Below, piece after piece: positions 1-11,979 of a DNA stretch of 64,000 nt. The stretch's first letter is position 1. Each line of letters starts with the position of its first letter. Position numbers and translations under genes: made by a program. The notes under the pieces were generated by a model, which was not told where the DNA came from, made no database searches, and was given only the letters and a program-made list of their open reading frames with translations. Origin of the DNA: the human T2T-CHM13v2.0 reference genome, Homo sapiens; the NCBI RefSeq assembly GCF_009914755.1, contig NC_060926.1. The stretch is one strand, 5' to 3'.

Positions 1-1224
1 GCCACAAATACCAATTAATAACATCTTGAAGAACAAATGTTGCACAAACCAGACTGAATTGTATGCCATATGCTTTACCTATTTGAAGTATGATTAGAGA
101 CTTTCTAAGTTCCAATTCTAACACCTACAAGTTTATCTTTAAGGTATGCTTAGGTAATGCAGTAGACAGCTATTCTGCTCTAATTTGATAAAGTAAAATA
201 AATACTCTGAAAGATTTTATTTCTCTTAATTACAACATTAAGGAAGCAATATTAAATCTTAATTCAGAAGTAGAAAGAAAAGAGTATGAGACTGTAAAGC
301 TTAGGTCTAGATCCCTCTACTCTTTTAGATTAACACAGAAATAGAGGTTAGAGATTTGAAAGAAATGGGTTGTTCATGACCCATTCGACAGTCTTTCTTA
401 TATATCAGATGTCTCAAACAAGCTTTGGATTAGTAATGGCTCAAATTCAATTAATGGTTGAATCATCTAATGAATATTTGCAATGTTGATATCCATGCTT
501 TGAGTTGAAAAAGTATGAACATGATTTGGTGTTTAGGCAGGCAAGAAGCAGACTGGCATTTGAGTGTGAAAGTTCTAAAACCTGGCTTGCTTTTTCTCCA
601 AGGCACACAGTCAGCTACTAGCCTAAGAATAGGTCATGGGGCTATCCTGCTTGAGGGTAGAATCAGGAAGTTCCTGGAAGAGAAGTAATGAGTTAACTCT
701 AGCACTGTGAGATCCACAGAGGTGATACCCTAGAGTTCTGAATCCATCATGTGGATTTGGAAAAACAGTAAAGACAGTTTTACTAATAGTTGTATTGTCT
801 ATAAAGGAACCTAAATACATGTGGAATAAAAGACTTTCCAAAGAAGACTTGTGTCCCTGTGGGCCCTCCAGGTTGAGTTAATTCAAAACCTATCTTGAAA
901 AGTTTAACTGGTCAGTTCACAATTATCCCATTTATAGAATTAGAACATATCTCGGAAGTAATCTAATTTCCACATTTTTTAGGCGATAAACTTAAAGTCC
1001 ACATATGCAAAGTCTCCTGGCAAAAATTACATGTAATTTGTGGCAGAACTGACCATAAACCTCATGTATCTAATGGAATTGCACAATGCCTAACTGATAC
1101 CTTATTTCAAAGTATTTCAATGAGCTATTTACACTGCTATTTACGTAGCAAAGATGAAAATATAAAACATAAATTTGGGTTTTCTTCAAAACTTATTGAG
1201 TGCTGTGATAGGTACTGGTTTTAC

Positions 1225-1345
1225 AGCAAGTAAAAAAAAGTCAGTTGTTGTAAGGACTAAATGAGCTAATATGGTGTGCACTTAGAATAGGGTTTGGCGA
1301 ATAACAGATGATCAACAGATGTTTGCTGCTGTTCTTTGTTGTTGT
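1225..1345 (+). mobile_element. MIR SINE, 3' fragment
   Basis: gttgttgtaaggactaaatgagctaat...cacttagaatag...gatcaacagatgtt resembles the MIR 3' half; boundaries approximate. Confidence 0.6.
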
Positions 1346-2892
1346 TATTCCTGTTTTTATGGAGTTTCAGTAAGACAAGAAAACATTTCCTGGTTGGTTT
1401 CTTCTTTGTAAAGTCTCATGTACTGTGTTTGTGGCTTCATGAAATTTATTCCATAAGAACACCTGACACAAGCCCCCTATTCTTTCGTGGACTTCATTCC
1501 TGTGTAATTGCAATCCAGAGCTTGTTTGGTAAGGTGTTTCCTCAGAATATTTATATTTAGCAGCTGATTTGAAGCAAACAAATTTGTATTAATACTTTTT
1601 ACTACGTTTTCTGAATTCACTAAGTGTGCAGTTGTAGCGGCTACTAATCTTTGCCAACAAAAGACAAGAAAGGAGGGAGGGAGGGAGAGAGATCAAATGA
1701 TGATGATTCAGATTCTTTAATTTATAAATGCTAAGGAGGGTGAATGTTGGTATTGCTGGGACTACATAAATGAAGGAGATTCATATTTTTCCTTAGTGGG
1801 CTTTACTTACTAATGTAATGGGGATAAAGAAAGTGCAAAGATAACAAGATGCAGGTGAGAATGGAGAAGCAAAAAGTTCTCTAAGGGAACCAAAGAAACT
1901 CAGAAGAAATTCAGAGGAGGCAAGGCCACTTGCCTTTGAAATCATCAAGAGCAGTGACCGTTGGGTCAAAGAGGAAGGTGTTAAACTCATGATGAAACAG
2001 CACTTCCTCACATATTCTAATTGCACAGTTTGTTTGTTATAAAAAGATATGTTCCAAACTGCCTACTATTCTATTAGTACTTATTTGCCGGTCACTGAAT
2101 GTGCACTTTATGCCTGAGCGAATTTCACTTCAAATGTTTCAGGTAGATCAAAGGTGTGAAGGGGCATAAACTCAGAGGTAATATTGTTATGAAAGATAAA
2201 AATTCAATGCTGAGTGACGGTGAAGGATTCAAAGGTATAAGACAGAAATATAACTTGAAAGAAGAAGGGGCTTATTTTGGGGAGACAGGGATGTCCCAGT
2301 GACAACTAGAGTTGTTTCAGGCTTTAGAAATTTTTACAAGTCAACATATGTTCTCAAACTTGGTCAACAAAACTGTTAAAAAATGTTTCCCCACTAAAGA
2401 TAGGGAGCAACCTAGATCCATTTCATTTAATGGAGATCATCAGCTTCACCAATCAGCAACTGAGAGCCACAGGATTTTCCTCCACACAGCAATCGTGGCA
2501 AGCCAATAATGTAGTTCAAGTTATTAACTGTAAGTTAAATGTGGAAATGGGCTAAGAAGGACACTCAGTTGATATCAAATATCTATTTTAAAGAACTAAG
2601 GCAAATTAATCTGATCTTTAGCCAGACATTTTTGTTTGTTTGTTTGTTTTTGTTCAATTTATCTAGACTCTTGATAAGAGCTAATTGGTTATTTTGACGA
2701 TATTAAACTCTTCTCTTACATATAACATTTTAGAATAATATCACTAGAAAATAACAATTTATTGTGCATCTCTATTAACTTCCCTCTATTTTGAGAACCA
2801 TGTTAATACCATAAAAAATCAGTGTCCACAGGTTTCCAACTATTTGGGCATGCTAAACTATTTTTAGACAACTTACTACTTTTATCTACTTC

Positions 2893-2997
2893 TGTTCATT
2901 CATGCTTTCATTCCATTGGCATTGATTATCTATTACATGCCAGTTACTCTTAAGTCTGGAATATGAAAAAAGACTGACAAAGACATGTGCCGGTCCT
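2893..2997 (-). mobile_element. L2 LINE 3' end fragment
   Basis: ttcattcat...ttgattatctattacatgccag...acaaagacatg is the typical antisense L2 tail. Confidence 0.55.
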
Positions 2998-2999
2998 CT

Positions 3000-3663
3000 T
3001 TGCTACTCTTCCAGATTCAATCTCTACTTTTCTCCTCCTTGCTCTATTTAATGGAAGCATGATTCTTATGGACTTTATCAACAGGCTCCTTTGAGCTCTG
3101 CACCAATGGGATGCACTGAAAGGAGAGAAGGATTGGGGTGGGGTCATTTTTGCCACTGGTCCCCTCTCAGATTGCTTGGTGCTGATTGTGTCCTTGTATG
3201 AAGGGCGCACTCCTATAAAAAGGTGTTTCCCGGCCAGGTTCAGTAGCTCACGCCTGTAATTCCAGCACTTTGGGAGGCCGAGGCGGATGGATCACAAGGT
3301 CAAGAGATGGAGACAATCCTGGCTAACGTGGTGAAACCCCGTGTCTACTAAAAATAAAGAAAAATTAGCCGGGCATTGTGGCGGAGCTTGCAGTGAGCCG
3401 AGATTGCACCACTGCACTCCATCCTGGGCAACAGTACAAGACTCCGTCTTAAAAAAAAAAAAAAAAGTGTTTCCCATGTGGCATGGCTACACTTGCTAGA
3501 ACTTTCTAGATTCTGATGTCTGCTCCAACACCAAGAGGTGTTTTCAGGCCCATAGTACTACACTATTTTTTTAATACAAAATTTAAATAGCCCCTTTCTT
3601 AAACTGCTAAAATACTCAGTTTGAGAATGGCCCGTTTTTTTTCCAGGACTCCAGCTGATACAC
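3000..3663 (+). mobile_element. Old ERVL LTR (LTR33-like), split by an Alu
   Basis: ttccagattcaatctctac...ctccttgctct start; ...aaatagcccctttcttaaact...ccaggactccagctgataca end, as recalled for LTR33. Confidence 0.55.
3232..3466 (+). mobile_element. Alu (AluY/Sc-like) with internal right-arm deletion
   Basis: ggccaggttcagtagctcacgcctgtaat...; gagatggagac and ggagcttgcagtgag diagnostics; A16 tail; TSD aaaaag(g)tgtttccc at 3217-3231 and 3462-3475. Confidence 0.95.
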
Positions 3664-4121
3664 CATGTTTCTTTCCTTCAAGGAATGGATGCTGGTGGGT
3701 AAGAATATACCCTGAATGAACATCCAACAATGTTAATAGTCACAAATTTTCTAAGCCTTATTGGATTCAGATATTTGTAATGTTGTCCCAGCTGATAAAA
3801 GTAACCTATGACACTAACTCTTTCTCTGTTGGAAATGTGCTCATAGAATTTTTTCATCATTTCTAGATGCAAATATATTTCCTGTCAAGCATTCCTATGG
3901 AATCTTAATGGTTACAAATACTCTGCTTTCTTTTTAGAATATATAACAAAGACATTGCAATGGTTTACAATGGATTGGTGTGGGAATGCCATGCAAGGCT
4001 TATGTGTGTGTTCTGTCTAAACAGGACCCATGGTAAAAATCCATCCTCTATTTCACATCTTCCATGCTAGCATATCCACACATCCACATATAATCAGGAA
4101 ACAATAAAAAATCCACATTGG

Positions 4122-4421
4122 GATGGAGCTGGAGGCCATTATCCTAAGCCAACTAACACAGAAACAGAAAACCAAATATCCCATGTTCTCACTTATAAGT
4201 GGGAGCTAAACACTGACTACAGATGGACACTCAGAAGGGAGCAACAGACACTGGGGCCTACCTGAGGATGAAGGAGGGAAGAGGATGAGGATAGATAAAC
4301 TACCTATCAGGTACTATACTTATTACCTGGGTGACTAAATAATTTGTACACCAAACCCCCATGACACACAATTTACCTATGTAACAATACTGCACATGTA
4401 CCCAGAACCTAAAATAAATTT
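4122..4421 (+). mobile_element. 5'-truncated L1 3' end (L1PA15/16-like)
   Basis: atggagctggaggccattatcctaag...atgttctcacttataagtgggagctaa...acctaaaataaa; TSD aaaaa(t)ccacattgg at 4107-4121 and 4422-4435. Confidence 0.9.
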
Positions 4422-4539
4422 AAAAACCACATTGGCCTTTCTTTTCCCATTCACAATCTTTTCTGTTTCATTTTCTCTACCAAAGACATGAAATCTCTCT
4501 CATGCCTCCTGTATGGAGTTCTAACAAATTTTTGATGGT

Positions 4540-5420
4540 TTTACTATTCTCCTTGGGTTTCCCCCATGTTTCCCTTTTATCTTTTTTAAACAGATGAAGT
4601 CTTCCTAACTAAAGGCAACACTCAAGGTGACTTTTTAATTCCCTGTTTCCTGAATGACTATTAAGATGTTTTAATATATAACAAAGACATACTATTTTTC
4701 ACATTATCCTTGATTTCCTTCTTAATACAACCCAATATCTTATTTATTTACAAAATTTTTTTCCTGTATGTCATGTCAACATATTCTTTGAGCCGTCGAC
4801 TGTGACTTCTCGATTTCTTTCTTGAGAGGCTGTAGGTAATTCAGAAGCTATTAGTGTACTGTGTATGAGTAGTTTGAATTGGTTCTTCCACTATGTCTTA
4901 CCTTGAACTTGCAACACTGAATTCTATTCACTATCGTGGAGCTTGATTACTTAAATGCCTTTGGTCTTTCTGAAGTTCTCCCCACCCCTTATTCTTGACT
5001 ACATCTATGTTTAGTATCTGAATAATTATGTGGTTAAATAAATTTGCTGCCCTGCCACTTCACCCCATCTTTCAGGTTGTTAATAAACTTACGGAACACC
5101 AGTGTCACTTGTGATCCAGAGGCCATCAACTAATTTCTGAGCTGATAACTAGTAATTTTTTGCAGCATCCTTCCTTTTAACCAGTTTTCAATCCAATACT
5201 GCTAGAATTCAAGTTTTATTTCCTTAAAGACACTTAAAAAGTCCATTATTATTCAGCAAAAATAAAAATAAAGCTATTACAAAGACACAGTCCATGTATT
5301 ATCCTGACTTAACATTCGATAGCTTTCTTAAGATCTCAGCCCATGGCCACTAATTTAGAAAAAATAAAAATGAATGATTTCCCAGTTATTTCTTCTTATC
5401 AAAAAAGTTTTTTTTTTTTT
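4540..5420 (-). mobile_element. Highly decayed L3/CR1 LINE remnant
   Basis: Patchy similarity to antisense CR1 ORF2 (ttaaccagttttcaatcca; tttcaggttgttaataaac). Confidence 0.35.
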
Positions 5421-5653
5421 TTTAATAATCAAGAGGTAAGGCATCATGGGATATAAGTTAATATTAAAGGCAATTTTCTAACCTATTGAGACTCATCAAA
5501 CTATGCATTTATTAATATTTACATGTGGAATGCACTGTACTAGGTACTCTCATCCAAATAAAGAAGTTTAAAGGCTACATTTCTTACTTGCCTTAGGGGA
5601 AATAAAACATAAGCAAAAACTTAACAAATGTGCCTTTAAAGAGTTATGTAAGA

Positions 5654-5974
5654 GGACGGGCGCGGTGGCTCACGCCTATAATCCTAACACTTTAGGAGGC
5701 TGAGGCGGGTGGATCACAAGGTCAGGAGTTCAAGACCAGCCTGGACAAGATGGTGAAACCCTGTTTCTACTAATAATACATAAATTAGCTGGGTGTGGTG
5801 GTGGGCGTCTGTAATCCCAGCAACTCAGGAGGCTGACGCAGAGAATTGCTTGAACCCGGGAGGTAGAGGTTGCAGTGAGCTGAGATTGCGCCACTGCACT
5901 CCAGCCTGGGTGACAGAGTGAGACTCTGTCGCAAAAAGAAACAAACAAACAAACAAACAAAAAACAGAAAAAAA
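5654..5974 (+). mobile_element. AluS (Sg-like), full length
   Basis: Complete dimer with ggatcacaaggtcaggagttc; A/AAAC tail; perfect 16-bp TSD aaagagttatgtaaga at 5638-5653 and 5975-5990. Confidence 0.97.
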
Positions 5975-6114
5975 AAAGAGTTATGTAAGAATGCATGTAG
6001 CAATATGGCAGAATTCCAAGGAATAAATTAAAAACAATTTAATGTTAATTGTCAAATTAATGTTAGAAGCAATAAATACTAAGGGTTCTCTGAAGGTAAA
6101 ATCTTACTTGATAG

Positions 6115-6330
6115 GTTTCATGGTGGTGTAGAAAGAACATGGACTTTGGAATCAGACTTTGGCTTGAATTTTCTCTGTCACCAATAAACACATTTGATCT
6201 TAGCAATTTATACACTTTCTGAATCTCAGTTTTCTCAGAAAAAAACAATGCCCAAATTATTTTAAAAATTGAATGAAAGGACATATGCAAGGCCCCTAGC
6301 AGAGTGCCAGCATAGTGTTCAATGCATTAA
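6115..6330 (+). mobile_element. MIR SINE
   Basis: gaaagaacatggactttggaatcagac...ttctgaatctcagttttctca core. Confidence 0.75.
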
Positions 6331-6629
6331 TTCCATATGCTTTCTCTTAACTAAGAGAAAGCACATAAACTGAACATTAAATTATATGTAGGATGATTAA
6401 GTGGAATTTTGACAGGTGTGGGTTCCTTGAACAGATGCACAAGGTGAGACAATAATATGTAAATCTAAACACAACAAACACATAGACTAATTTAACTAGA
6501 GCTGAAATGTTCTTAGGGGCATACATGAATGAACAAGATTAGGTATCTAGGTTTTTACCAGGTTTTGGAAGACCTTGAATCATAGTCTAATGAGATGAAT
6601 CTTGAACAAGAAATGCATAAAGTAACCCC

Positions 6630-7140
6630 AAGTATAATAATTTTTTTTCTCCAGAAAGATTGATTCTCATACCCTCACTTCCATGGGGGGAGTATACTTT
6701 CTCATTCTACTGAGGTTAGTCTTGCTCATGTTACTTGCTTTGGCCTCACAATGGGTGGTTGTTCTTCCTCATTCTTTTCTTCATATCTGGGTTTGACCAT
6801 GTGACTCTCTTTGGCCAATGGAGCATGACACACAGGATGAAAGAAGAGACTTGTAAAGTATTTGTAAGTTAGGCTCTTGAGTCTGTCTCATTGCTGTAAG
6901 AGACTGTGCTTGGATTAGCTTACTGGTTTCAAGAGGAAAATGAGTCAAATACAGCGACGACATCCCTGACAAGTTTCCTTGGGTCAATCAAGCCAAGTCA
7001 GCATTCCTAGAGATTTGTGAGAGTGCCCAGACAAGATCAGTACAGCCACCCATCTGAGTCCAGCCCAGATCAGTCAACTTCCAGCGAAACCAAAGACATG
7101 GCAGCTAACAAAATACATTTTGTTATATTCCACTGAGATT
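6630..7140 (+). mobile_element. MLT1 (G/H-like) MaLR LTR
   Basis: catgttacttgctttggcc and ccatgtgactctctttggccaatgg motifs; near-terminal aaatacattttgttatattccactgagatt. Confidence 0.7.
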
Positions 7141-7378
<238 letters not shown>

Positions 7379-7894
7379 TCACCTCATCCTGAAAATGATC
7401 CCTAAAGTTCATTTTAGCACAAATATATACAATTCTGAAACATGATACTATCAAATGTAGATGTTCAGGACTTCAGTCTTATCTTCCTGGGCAAGATGCT
7501 AATTCCAATATATCATGTTCATGTGGCAGAGATTGCCTTCATTTTACAACCACACTGTAGAGTGTACGACATGAAACACAGTAATGCTAAAGCCTTATTA
7601 GCTGCTTTCTTAGCAAACCATTAAGGGAAAAATGTTAGTCTAGGAACTGCTTTTGAGCATTCCATCCTTTGTGTGAACCCAGTACACATCTGAATCATCC
7701 ACATTTATTTGGATGGAATTATCTGATGCTTCAAAAATAAATCTTGTGTCCAAAATTCAAGTCTTTTCTTTCTTTTTCTGTTTCCATGCTTCTATAGATT
7801 GCCAGTTGTTCTGTGTAAATTACCATACCAACTTCCCCAACTTGCTAATCCCTTCACCTGTGCACCATAAACAGGGAGGCAAGGTAATGGTGCT

Positions 7895-8105
7895 GATAAC
7901 AACAGCTACCACATCTGCAGGATTCTTGGCGTGCACTGGACAATACTCCAAGCACTTTATATACACAGGATCAACTCACTGAATCCTCACAAAAATCCTT
8001 CAAGTGTTATTATTCCCATTTTACAGATAAGGTACCTGAGACATAGAGTGGTTAAGGGACTGACCCAAAAGATCTCATAGCCAGTGAATAATAGAGCTGA
8101 GATAG
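7895..8105 (-). mobile_element. MIR SINE
   Basis: aatcctcacaa...attattcccattttacagataagg...ctgagacatagagtggttaag. Confidence 0.8.
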
Positions 8106-8109
8106 AGGT

Positions 8110-8351
8110 CCAGTGCTTTAGACTTGTTTCCTGGAATCATAGTAGGTTGAAATTTGTTTCTATCCTTTCTCACTATTTGACCTTGGGCAAGATATTTGAT
8201 TGTTCTTAGTTTCAGCTTCCTCATCTGGAACATAAAGATAATTATCCATGTTTTATATTTTTCTTTCTTTGTGTTTGGTGAAAAATAAAGTTACAGTATA
8301 TAGAACACCTGGCATCAATTAAATACTCAATAAATGATAGCTACTACTATT
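8110..8351 (+). mobile_element. MIR SINE
   Basis: tgaccttgggcaag...tcagcttcctcatctg...cctggcat...ctcaataaatgatagctactactatt. Confidence 0.8.
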
Positions 8352-8557
8352 AAATATGGCCTCCTAACAGTTGGAAGCAATCTCATGAAAAGTTAAAATG
8401 TTTGGAGAGAATTGTAAGTAAGCCAAGGTCCAGTGTGGCAAAGGGGGAGTAAGAAGAAGGAGGGGAAGGAGGGCACTCAAAATTAAAAAATGGCTCTCAA
8501 AATTGATTTGCACAACTTTCAAGAAGCTGACACCTAGATATTCAACCTCAGGATCCA

Positions 8558-8576
8558 GAATGCCCCCTGGTGGCCT
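8558..8576 (-). promoter_or_regulatory. CTCF core motif
   Basis: Reverse complement AGGCCACCAGGGGGCATTC matches the CTCF core CCACCAGGGGGC exactly; lies in non-repeat DNA. Confidence 0.75.
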
Positions 8577-11500
8577 GGGGGCCCTCTAGCCCTCTGACTT
8601 GGGGTAAATGGGAGTAGCTTTCTCTTACTGCATAGGTGGGTCTCCAGAGCCACTCAGAGGAAGGGGCTAAAAAGGAACCTGCTTCTCAGAGAGCAGCCAC
8701 CTGAGCGCTCTGTTTCTTTTCAACACTAACTTTATTAAGATATCAGAGCTGGCGCAGGTAGGTGGCTGCAGGGGAAACCATGAGCGGGTAAAAAGGTGGG
8801 GGGAGGCAAGCACTTAATAAAAGATATTTCTTTTCCTTTTTTTAATCTAAGTCTGGCAGAAACACCGTTAAAGGCTGACTGAGAGTTGGTGATTTTTTTT
8901 TTTTTAAGAAAAAGCACTTTCTCTTTCTAAAGAGAAAGAAAGATGCCCATTTTCCCCAATTCACTTAGTGCACAGAATGTTTTCCTCTAGGTATTCATCC
9001 AATTAACTGGTCAGACAGCTGGAATCTGATACAGGGAATAAACAATTCTTCAAAGAGAAACCACTCAGCGCTTTTCTTTGGAGAACTCTCTCCATCCAAA
9101 TACAACCCCCTACCCTCCCCCTTTTCTTTTTTCCCCTTGTTCCCTATAATCCTGGGTCTGGCCTGGATGTCACAGCTTCAGAACTGAGAACTGTCATCTG
9201 CGGTCTGCCACTCTCCCTACCCTGCCATGAATGACACTTTAGTTCTGTGTTAATTGCCCTACTGCAGCTCGGCTATCAGCCAGGGCCTGTCTCAGATTTA
9301 CCGATTGCAGACGTGAGTAGAGTGAGTGAGCAAGCATGCAGGGGTCGGGGCTCAGAGGAACCAAGTTCAAGGGCACCAAATGGTACAGACGCATAAACAA
9401 GGGAATGGTATATAAGCAATAAAGACATAAAGGTTAGGATCAGGACTAGCAGTACAATAAACAGCTGTGATAACCCAGTTTGTTTACAGATAAAGAATTT
9501 ACAGTAAAATCCTCAACTTGAAGCCTACATTTGTTAACACTTTAGGAGACATATACTGTCTTTACATCTTTTCTTGCTCCATCTCTGTGCACTCTGCAAA
9601 CATCTGTGGCCATCTCAGGGATTTTTCTCCTCTTTTCTTTCCAATATTAGAAGTGTATAGTCATCACATCAGCCAGAAATAGATGCTGAACCCAAAAATC
9701 TCAGTGTTTGGTAGCAGTCAAAATATCACAGCAGCTACAAATTCCAAAAGACAGCTACTTCTAGCTGCTACTGCTCTAGTGTCCCATTAAATATCTCTAT
9801 TTTTCAAGCTGCAAAGTGTTCTTTGCACTCCATTTTTCCTAATTTTATTTTAATATACGTAAGTAGTGTAAGTAACATTTCATTAGAATGCCTATAAATT
9901 TGGCTCTGTGTATGTTGTGATAACTTTCTTTTTAAAAATAGATTTTTGAGCATAATCAAGTATTTGGTGAAATCACCACAGTGCTCCTTAATCATCCTAG
10001 GAGGCCCCCATCAGAAGTACAATATATTGTACTGTAACTATTGATCCAAATGGCTACATTTCTAAAGCAGAAAATGATTGTGTGAGAGCAGTGCAGAGGT
10101 GCAGTAAAATGCCCTCCAGTATATAAAGACATAAAGATTAAAGTCACCCTGTAGATTCCCTTTAACTCCTCCAAATCCACTGTGGAATGTGTTCTTTTAG
10201 GATAAATCAGAAATGTGGTGCAAATTAACATGACAGGGATGGCGTTCATAAATAAAAATGCTTTATTGTCCAGACTAGACCAAGTTCATTTTGCTTTAAA
10301 TACACAGAAAGATGGTTAATTAAAACCACAGTTGTCAAAAAAGGAACATCTGAATATCTTGGAGGCAAAACAACACCCCCAAAATTTGTCAGACAGAACA
10401 CGTATTCTGGATAAGGAACCTAGACGTCAGGACACAGGATGCCCTACAGTGTTAATACCAACAGTTTTCGGGGCTATGGATAGTCTTCAATTTCTATAAA
10501 GTTAGAATGTTTTCCAAAGACAGGTGGAATCTGATGAATGAGATTTTAAATTGTGCTTTGCTGAAGGGCGTTTGTTGTTTAACCATTTCTTGTCTCTGCC
10601 TCCTGCAAGTTGCCACTTAAATAGTTTTTAAAGAAACCATATTTAAATAATACCCTATAGAGTTTGGTGTATAAGGTCTACTACCAAATTAACAGTTAAG
10701 TAACTTTGCGATAGAAAAGGATCTTTCTGGTTTTGATTTGGTTTCATGCTGGAAAAAGCACAAAGGAATTCCATGTTTTAAAATAGCCTCAGAGCTCAGA
10801 TGACGGAGCCAAGACTTGGCCTAAACATATTGAAGTTTAGGGGAATTATTTATTATCACTTCAATTAATAAACCAGCTTGTTTTCACCAATGTTCCCTTG
10901 TGTGTTGAAATGCCAGTTTGTGTCAAAAGGAATCCATACATTGATTGCACGTACAAAGATCTGACGGAAGAATTTTAATGACTCTGTGGTGCCGCCAATG
11001 GTACCAGGCTTGGCCTTACAAGTAGCAAGTAGAATTGCCATTTATATTTCAAAAGATTTAAGGGCCTTGTGGAGGTCTGTGATCTGCAGAGGAAAATGTT
11101 ACACTGAGCTGAAGGTATGCATGTGTTCTCCCTCCGTCGTCGTTCACCTCTGAGCAGATGTTCAGGGTGAACCAGGCAGGAATGAGAGGCCCAGCAGGAC
11201 TCACTTCACTCAGCAGATCTGTGGCAGAAGAAAACATTCCTGGAGAGAGCTTCCCAGCCCACGGGAGGATCAGCAGTGCCTAAAGCTGGTCCTGAAACTA
11301 GGTTGGCTTTTTAAAACAATGAAGAACTCGAGGAGCAATAAAAGAGAAAGAGATGAATGAGAACTAGAGAGAAGTGGGAGTTGCTGGGGAAGAAGCAAGG
11401 AAGAAAAATGAGAGAGAGGAAGGGAGGGATGGAGGGAAACAGGCAGAAGCTCCTTTCTTCTGCCTCCAGGTAGTTGCACAAGAACAAACATCATTTGGTT

Positions 11501-11951
11501 TTGAAGTGGAGTGTATTACATCATTATATGATTATTTGGGAATTCATTAGTTTCTCTGATCAACACAGACATGTCTACAAATGATGTATTTGAGTATTGG
11601 ATTAATCCTTCTCTGAGAGGCTTTTGAAGGGCAGCAAAGAATTTTCATTGAGTAGCACCCTGGCATCACCTTATTCTTTTCTTTCATCAGTCAGAGTCAT
11701 TTGTGAAGGCTTGGGACCTGGGATATACTCATACAGCTGAGAACTATATAGCTGTGGTTTAGAAATAACGATTCTCTGACCCGGCGAGCAGTGTACAACT
11801 ACAGAAGTTTGTATTCTATTAAGAGTTAATAAATGACCAAGATCTGGACTAATCCCCTGCCAGGGTTCATTTTCATTACAGGTTCCTTCTATTTTCCCAG
11901 TGCCTTTTGCTCTGCCCTTCTTGCTACATATGGAAAACCTATATCAAGATG

Positions 11952-11979
11952 GTTGTCATGGCAATGAAAAGATTTGCAT
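11952..11979. promoter_or_regulatory. RFX X-box plus octamer (POU) motif pair
   Basis: gttgtcatggcaat (12/14 to GTTGCCATGGCAAC) followed 6 bp later by atttgcat. Confidence 0.4.

Noticed and set aside
11142-11172. Short hairpin gttcacctctgagca-ga-tgttcagggtgaac as a miRNA precursor
   Set aside because: Only ~14-bp stem with a bulge; too short for a pre-miRNA.
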